64,000 nt of DNA from IMG/VR virus record IMGVR_UViG_3300033175_000390; one strand, given 5' to 3'. The notes beneath the pieces were generated by a model that made no database searches, was not told the origin of the DNA, and saw nothing but the letters and a program-made list of their open reading frames with translations. The stretch comes from an uncultured virus (IMG/VR IMGVR_UViG_3300033175_000390). Its lineage: Duplodnaviria; Heunggongvirae; Uroviricota; Caudoviricetes. Positions 59,305 through 64,000 of the stretch are shown here, one piece after another; the first letter of the stretch is position 1; the number at the start of each line of letters is the position of its first letter. The translations under genes and the position numbers were made by a program.

Positions 59305-59711
59305 AAGATATATGGGATATGGTACAAATCGCCGCGGCCGCTTTAGGCGGTTTTACAGGCTGGTTTTTAGGAGGCTGGGATGGGTTTGTATTCGCTCTGG
59401 TGGCTTTTGTGGTCTTAGACTACCTGACCGGGTTTATGCGGGCGGTGGCGGAGAAGCGCCTTTCCAGCCAGGTGGGGGCTTTAGGCATTATGAGGAAGGT
59501 TTTGATTTTCTTTATCGTAGGCGCCGCCCATGTAGTTGACACCCACCTTTTAGGAGGTGCGGCAGCGCCCCTTCGTACCGCGGTTATCTTTTTCTACATC
59601 GCTAATGAGGGAGTATCCCTGCTGGAAAACACCGCCGCCATAGGGCTGCCGGTGCCTAATGCCCTTAAGCAGGCACTGGCGCAGCTGCAGGACAAGGAGG
59701 GCGACAGATGA
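59301..59711 (+). CDS. Phage holin
   Basis: GWFLGGWDG, DYLTG, NEGVSLLEN. Confidence 0.9.
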   Translation: MKDIWDMVQIAAAALGGFTGWFLGGWDGFVFALVAFVVLDYLTGFMRAVAEKRLSSQVGALGIMRKVLIFFIVGAAHVVDTHLLGGAAAPLRTAVIFFYIANEGVSLLENTAAIGLPVPNALKQALAQLQDKEGDR

Positions 59712-60424
59712 ACCTGCGCAAACTGATCTTTACTAACAACGCCTGCTACAAGGCGGGCAGAACTATAACCCCCAAGGGCATTATGATACATTCTACGGGC
59801 GCCAACAACCCATGGCTGAAACGCTATGTGGGACCAGACGACGGGCTTCTTGGCAAAAACCAGTATGGCAATCACTGGAATCAAAATTTGCCGGAGGGGC
59901 GGTCAGTCTGCGCCCACGGCTTTATCGGCAAGCTGGCTGATGGGAGCATTGCTGCCTATCAGACTTTACCCTGGAACCATCGCGGCTGGCATGCTGGCGG
60001 CAAAGCCAACGACACCCATATAGGCTTTGAAATCTGCGAGGACGGACTGAACGATGCAGCATATTTCAACAAGGTGTACCAGGAAGCCGCCGAACTGTGC
60101 GCCTACCTCTGCAAGCAGTACGGACTGACCGAGAAGAGCGTCATCTGTCACAGCGAGGGGTATCAGCTGGGCATTGCCAGCAACCATAGTGATGTGATGC
60201 ACTGGTTTCCCAAGCATGGCAAGTCGATGGATATTTTTCGCACAGAAGTCAAAAGGCTGCTCACGGCAAGCGAAACGTCAAAACCTCCAGCACCCGTCCC
60301 GACCGAGCCGAAGAAACTCTATCGCGTCCAAGTCGGCGCGTATTCGGTTAAAGCAAACGCGGATGCCATGCTCGAAAGGATCAAGGCGGCAGGGTTTACG
60401 GATGCTTTCATCAAAACTGAATGA
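59708..60424 (+). CDS. N-acetylmuramoyl-L-alanine amidase endolysin with SPOR domain
   Basis: IMIHSTG, GWHAG, IGFEICED; LYRVQVGAYS. Confidence 0.92.
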   Translation: MNLRKLIFTNNACYKAGRTITPKGIMIHSTGANNPWLKRYVGPDDGLLGKNQYGNHWNQNLPEGRSVCAHGFIGKLADGSIAAYQTLPWNHRGWHAGGKANDTHIGFEICEDGLNDAAYFNKVYQEAAELCAYLCKQYGLTEKSVICHSEGYQLGIASNHSDVMHWFPKHGKSMDIFRTEVKRLLTASETSKPPAPVPTEPKKLYRVQVGAYSVKANADAMLERIKAAGFTDAFIKTE

Positions 60425-60435
60425 GCCGCTTACGG

Positions 60436-60490
60436 CGGTACGCAAACGCCCCTCTCCTGTCTGTAGACGGTAGAGGGGCGCTTTTTATTT
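60436..60490 (+). promoter_or_regulatory. Conserved hairpin/promoter motif copy 3 (with U-tract)
   Basis: CGGTACGCAA-ACGCCCCTCT-CCTGTCTGTAGACGGTAGAGGGGCG-CTTTTTATTT. Confidence 0.7.
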
Positions 60491-60515
60491 CCCCTCCGAA
60501 ACGGAGGAAAACAAA

Positions 60516-60749
60516 TTGAGTATGCAGGAACAACGGATTACACCCCTATGCGACAACATTGCTGATAAAAAGAATCCTATTCCAGAAGAACAGTTACAGC
60601 GGGAAGCGGACTATGTGAAGGCACAGCAAGTGCTGAAATCCATGCTGGACTGTGGGCTTATTTCCTTGTCAGAATTCAACAAGATAACCGCGCTTAACCG
60701 CCAATCTTTCTCTCCTGCTCTGGCACAGATAATGCCCAGAAATCGTTGA
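60516..60749 (+). CDS. SHOCT-like small protein
   Basis: MLDCGLISLSEFNKITALNRQSFSP; typical position before recombinases. Confidence 0.75.
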   Translation: MSMQEQRITPLCDNIADKKNPIPEEQLQREADYVKAQQVLKSMLDCGLISLSEFNKITALNRQSFSPALAQIMPRNR

Positions 60750-60799
60750 TATTACTTGGGTCCAGAGGTAATATGTCACACTAACAAGGAGGTGAGGAA

Positions 60800-62362
60800 C
60801 TGAAAAAGGTAACAAAAATCGCGGAAAATACAACTGATTTCACTGAATGTCCCAAGCTGCGGGTAGCGGCCTACTGCCGTGTTTCTACCGATAGGGATGA
60901 TCAATTGGTCAGCCTTGCAACCCAGATAAAGCATTATGAATCCTACATCAATGCAAACCTTGAATGGGAGTTCGCTGGGCTTTATTATGACGAAGGTGTC
61001 ACAGGTACAAAAAAAGAAAAACGGCCTGAGTTGCTTCGGATGATTGCCGACTGTGAAAACAAGAAAATAGACTTCATTGTAACAAAGTCTATTAGCAGAT
61101 TCGCCCGTAACACTACCGACTGCCTTGAACTGGTTAGAAAACTGCTTGACCTCGGCATTTTTATTTATTTCGAGAAGGAAAATATTAACACAGGGTCAAT
61201 GGAAAGCGAACTCATGCTGTCAATCCTAAGTGGACTGGCCGAAAGTGAATCGGTTTCCATCGCTGAAAACAACAAGTGGTCGATACACCGTCGCTTTCAA
61301 AGTGGCACGTACAAGATATCCTATCCGCCCTATGGCTACGATAACGTGGATGGGGAGATGGTCGTCAACGAGTCACAAGCAGAAATTGTTCGCTATATTT
61401 TCGCTTCAATTCTATCTGGTAAAAGCACTCACAAAATTGCCGACGAGTTGAACAACCGAAAAGTACCAACCAAAAAAGGCGGTCGTTGGACAGCAACAAC
61501 CATCCGTGGAATGGTCAGCAATGAAAAATACACAGGGGACGCCATTTTTCAGAAAACCTATACCGATGTCCATTTCAATCGGCATAACAACAGGGGTGAG
61601 AAGGATCGTTATCTGATTAAAAACCATCATGAAGCGATTATCAGTCATGAAGATTTTGAAGTTGCTCAGGATATTATTGAACAGCGTGGTAAAGAAAAGG
61701 GATTGGAAAGGCAGAACCAAAAGTATCAGAACCGTTACCCCTTTTCGGGCAAAATCATCTGCGGTCAGTGCGGAGGTACATTTAAGCGCAGAATCCATTC
61801 AAGCGGCAGGCATAGAATTGCTTGGTGCTGCTCCATTCATATCGCAGACATCGAAAAATGCTCTATGAAATATGTACCAGAGTCAGATTTTGAATATGTG
61901 TTTGTTACCATGATGAACAAGCTTATTTTCGGACATGAATTTGTCCTCAAGCCGCTGCTAATCAGCCTGCGAGGGATGAAATCAGATGACAGCTTAATAA
62001 ACATTCGGGAGCTTGATAAGAGACTCGAAGAAAACGCGGAACAGCGAAATGTACTGGTTGGGCTGATGACCAAAGGTTATCTTGAGCCTGCCGTTTACAA
62101 TAAGAGCAACAATGAGCTGCTGCAGGATGCCGAAAGGCTACGCCGTCAAAAGGAATCCTTAACCCGATTCTTAAATAACGATTTCCAAAACTTAAGTGAG
62201 GTCAGTGCCCTATTGCAATATGCCACCAAGGCATCGATAATGAAGGGCTTTGACGGAGATATTTTTAAACGCTTTGTGGAGCGGGTTGTTGTGTATTCCC
62301 GAGCAGAGATTGGGTTTGAGCTAAAATGCGGCATTACGCTGAAAGAAAGGTTGGTGAGATAA
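60800..62362 (+). CDS. Large serine recombinase 1 (CTG start)
   Basis: RVAAYCRVS catalytic motif lies upstream of the ORF-track start; KSISRFARN; zinc ribbon CGQCG. Confidence 0.9.
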   Translation: MKKVTKIAENTTDFTECPKLRVAAYCRVSTDRDDQLVSLATQIKHYESYINANLEWEFAGLYYDEGVTGTKKEKRPELLRMIADCENKKIDFIVTKSISRFARNTTDCLELVRKLLDLGIFIYFEKENINTGSMESELMLSILSGLAESESVSIAENNKWSIHRRFQSGTYKISYPPYGYDNVDGEMVVNESQAEIVRYIFASILSGKSTHKIADELNNRKVPTKKGGRWTATTIRGMVSNEKYTGDAIFQKTYTDVHFNRHNNRGEKDRYLIKNHHEAIISHEDFEVAQDIIEQRGKEKGLERQNQKYQNRYPFSGKIICGQCGGTFKRRIHSSGRHRIAWCCSIHIADIEKCSMKYVPESDFEYVFVTMMNKLIFGHEFVLKPLLISLRGMKSDDSLINIRELDKRLEENAEQRNVLVGLMTKGYLEPAVYNKSNNELLQDAERLRRQKESLTRFLNNDFQNLSEVSALLQYATKASIMKGFDGDIFKRFVERVVVYSRAEIGFELKCGITLKERLVR

Positions 62363-62794
62363 ATGAGCCACACACCATTTGGCTACCGTATTAAAAACGG
62401 AAAGGCTGTTATTGATATCGAAGCAGCCGAGCAGATAAAAATCTTGTTTGAGTCCTATTTGTCCGGAGATTCGTTAGCAACAGCTGCAAAGAAGGCAGGC
62501 ATCAAAGCCTTTCACGCCGGTATCGGCAGAATGCTTCGCAATACGCGTTATCTTGGCGACGACTATTATCCCGCCATAATCGACCCGGACACGTTTACAG
62601 CCGCCGAAGCGGAGCGTATCAGGCGGGCTGAGAAACTCGGTCGTATCTATGAACCACAAGAAGAAACAACGGTCGTCTATCCTACTGCCTTTCACGTAAT
62701 AGAAGGAAGAGAAGAATTTGACGACCCCTTCGCACAGGCGGAATACGCCTACAGTTTAATCGAAACGGAGGTGAACAAGAATGGCAGTAAGTAA
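62363..62794 (+). CDS. Small recombinase-domain protein
   Basis: HTPFGYRI...[11 protein letters not shown]. Confidence 0.8.
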   Translation: MSHTPFGYRIKNGKAVIDIEAAEQIKILFESYLSGDSLATAAKKAGIKAFHAGIGRMLRNTRYLGDDYYPAIIDPDTFTAAEAERIRRAEKLGRIYEPQEETTVVYPTAFHVIEGREEFDDPFAQAEYAYSLIETEVNKNGSK

Positions 62795-64000
62795 AAGCGT
62801 CACCGTGATTCCGGCAAGGAAGCATGTTCGAAAGAGTGAGGACGAAGAAAAGCCTAAACTCCGTGTTGCTGCCTATTGCCGTGTTTCCACGGACAGTGAC
62901 GAGCAGGCTACCAGTTATGAAACACAGATTGAACACTACACTGCCTATATACAAGGGCATCCTGACTGGGTGCTGGCGGGAATATTTGCAGACGACGGCA
63001 TTTCCGGTACCAACACCAAAAAGCGTGAGGAATTCAACCGCATGATTGACGAGTGTATGGCTGGTAATATCGATATGATTATTACAAAGTCCATCAGCCG
63101 ATTTGCCCGAAACACACTGGACTGTTTGAAATATATCCGTCAGCTCAAGGAGAAAAACATTCCCGTTTATTTTGAAAAGGAAAATATTAACACTATGGAT
63201 TCTAAGGGCGAAGTTCTGCTCACGATTATGGCATCCCTTGCCCAACAGGAAAGCCAGTCACTAAGCCAAAACGTAAAACTGGGGTTACAATATCGCTACC
63301 AACAGGGTGAAATTCAAGTCAACTGCGCTCGGTTTCTCGGCTATACCAAGGATGAAAACAAGCGTCTGGTGGTTGTTCCCGAAGAAGCTGAAATCATCAA
63401 ACGCATCTACCGGGAATACCTTGAGGGTGCCAGTATGTTGAAAATAGCTCGTGGTTTGGAAGCGGACGGTATCCTAAACGGTGCCGGCAGGGAACGCTGG
63501 CATACAAGCAACATAAATCAGATCCTGCGAAACGAAAAGTACATCGGCGACGCTCTTTTACAGAAAACATATACCGTAGATTTTCTCACAAAAAAGCGAG
63601 TCAAGAATAACGGTATCGTTCCGCAATATTATGTAGAAAACAGCCATGAAGCCATTATTCCGCGTGAAATCTTCATGCAGGTGCAGGAGGAGCTTGTCCG
63701 CCGTCGTATTGTGCACACCAGCCCAAACGGAAAGAGCCGAACCTTTAGCAGCAACCACTGCTTCGCTCAGATTGTTATCTGCGGCAACTGCGGCGAGGTT
63801 TTCCGCAGGGTTCACTGGAACAACCGAGGCAAGAAATCCATCGTCTGGCGCTGCGTAAGCAGACTGGAGAACACTGGCCTTTTCTGCGATGCCCGCACGG
63901 TGCTTGAAAGCACCATCGAGCAGGTACTGGTCACCGCCATCAATAATACCCTGAGGGGAAGGGACGCTTTCCTATTCATACTAAAGGAGAACATCGCAAC
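62781..64000 (+). CDS. Large serine recombinase 2 (runs off window)
   Basis: Manual translation [12 protein letters not shown]...[15 protein letters not shown]...KSISRFARN; absent from ORF track because it has no stop in the window. Confidence 0.9.
   Translation, partial: MAVSKSVTVIPARKHVRKSEDEEKPKLRVAAYCRVSTDSDEQATSYETQIEHYTAYIQGHPDWVLAGIFADDGISGTNTKKREEFNRMIDECMAGNIDMIITKSISRFARNTLDCLKYIRQLKEKNIPVYFEKENINTMDSKGEVLLTIMASLAQQESQSLSQNVKLGLQYRYQQGEIQVNCARFLGYTKDENKRLVVVPEEAEIIKRIYREYLEGASMLKIARGLEADGILNGAGRERWHTSNINQILRNEKYIGDALLQKTYTVDFLTKKRVKNNGIVPQYYVENSHEAIIPREIFMQVQEELVRRRIVHTSPNGKSRTFSSNHCFAQIVICGNCGEVFRRVHWNNRGKKSIVWRCVSRLENTGLFCDARTVLESTIEQVLVTAINNTLRGRDAFLFILKENIA

Larger units (their letters stand above)
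12501..64000. mobile_element. Siphovirus-like prophage 2 with left-end defence cargo and triple serine recombinase module
   Basis: Replication, packaging, head, tail, lysis and recombinase modules in order; right end lies beyond the window. Confidence 0.85.

Overview
Firmicute (Clostridia-like) mobile-DNA hotspot with no housekeeping genes. Two related prophage-type elements sit back to back around a displaced 3' end of an rlmD/rumA-like gene (12459-12500, minus). The left element (1 to ~12500, minus, AT-rich, cut by the window edge) carries an orphan Phd-like gene, a type I restriction-modification (R-M) operon, an M48/YgjP-like gene, an ImmA/IrrE-HTH gene, a sigma-70 region-4 protein, an antirepressor, DUF4406 and a VirE primase/helicase. 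The right element (~12500 to >64000) begins with a minus-strand cargo block: HD hydrolase, vWA, GIY-YIG-like, macrodomain-HTH, a DUF262 remnant, type III R-M, an ABC-three-component/Lamassu-like system and an Xre repressor. It continues as a near-complete siphovirus-like prophage (replication, packaging, HK97-type head, tail, lysis, three serine recombinases). Main observations: (1) an Ll.LtrB-like group II intron (49087-51557) sits in the -1-frameshifted half of the tail assembly chaperone gene, so gpGT would need both splicing and a ribosomal frameshift; (2) each sigma-like gene has a structured RBS-sequestering leader and a downstream promoter/terminator-like hairpin, present in three copies in the right element; (3) an uncharacterised macrodomain-HTH/GIY-YIG/vWA/HD cluster has its own palindromic operator; (4) the Lamassu-like effector has a degenerate HNH. 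All calls come from motif reading only; no database searches or folding programs were run.
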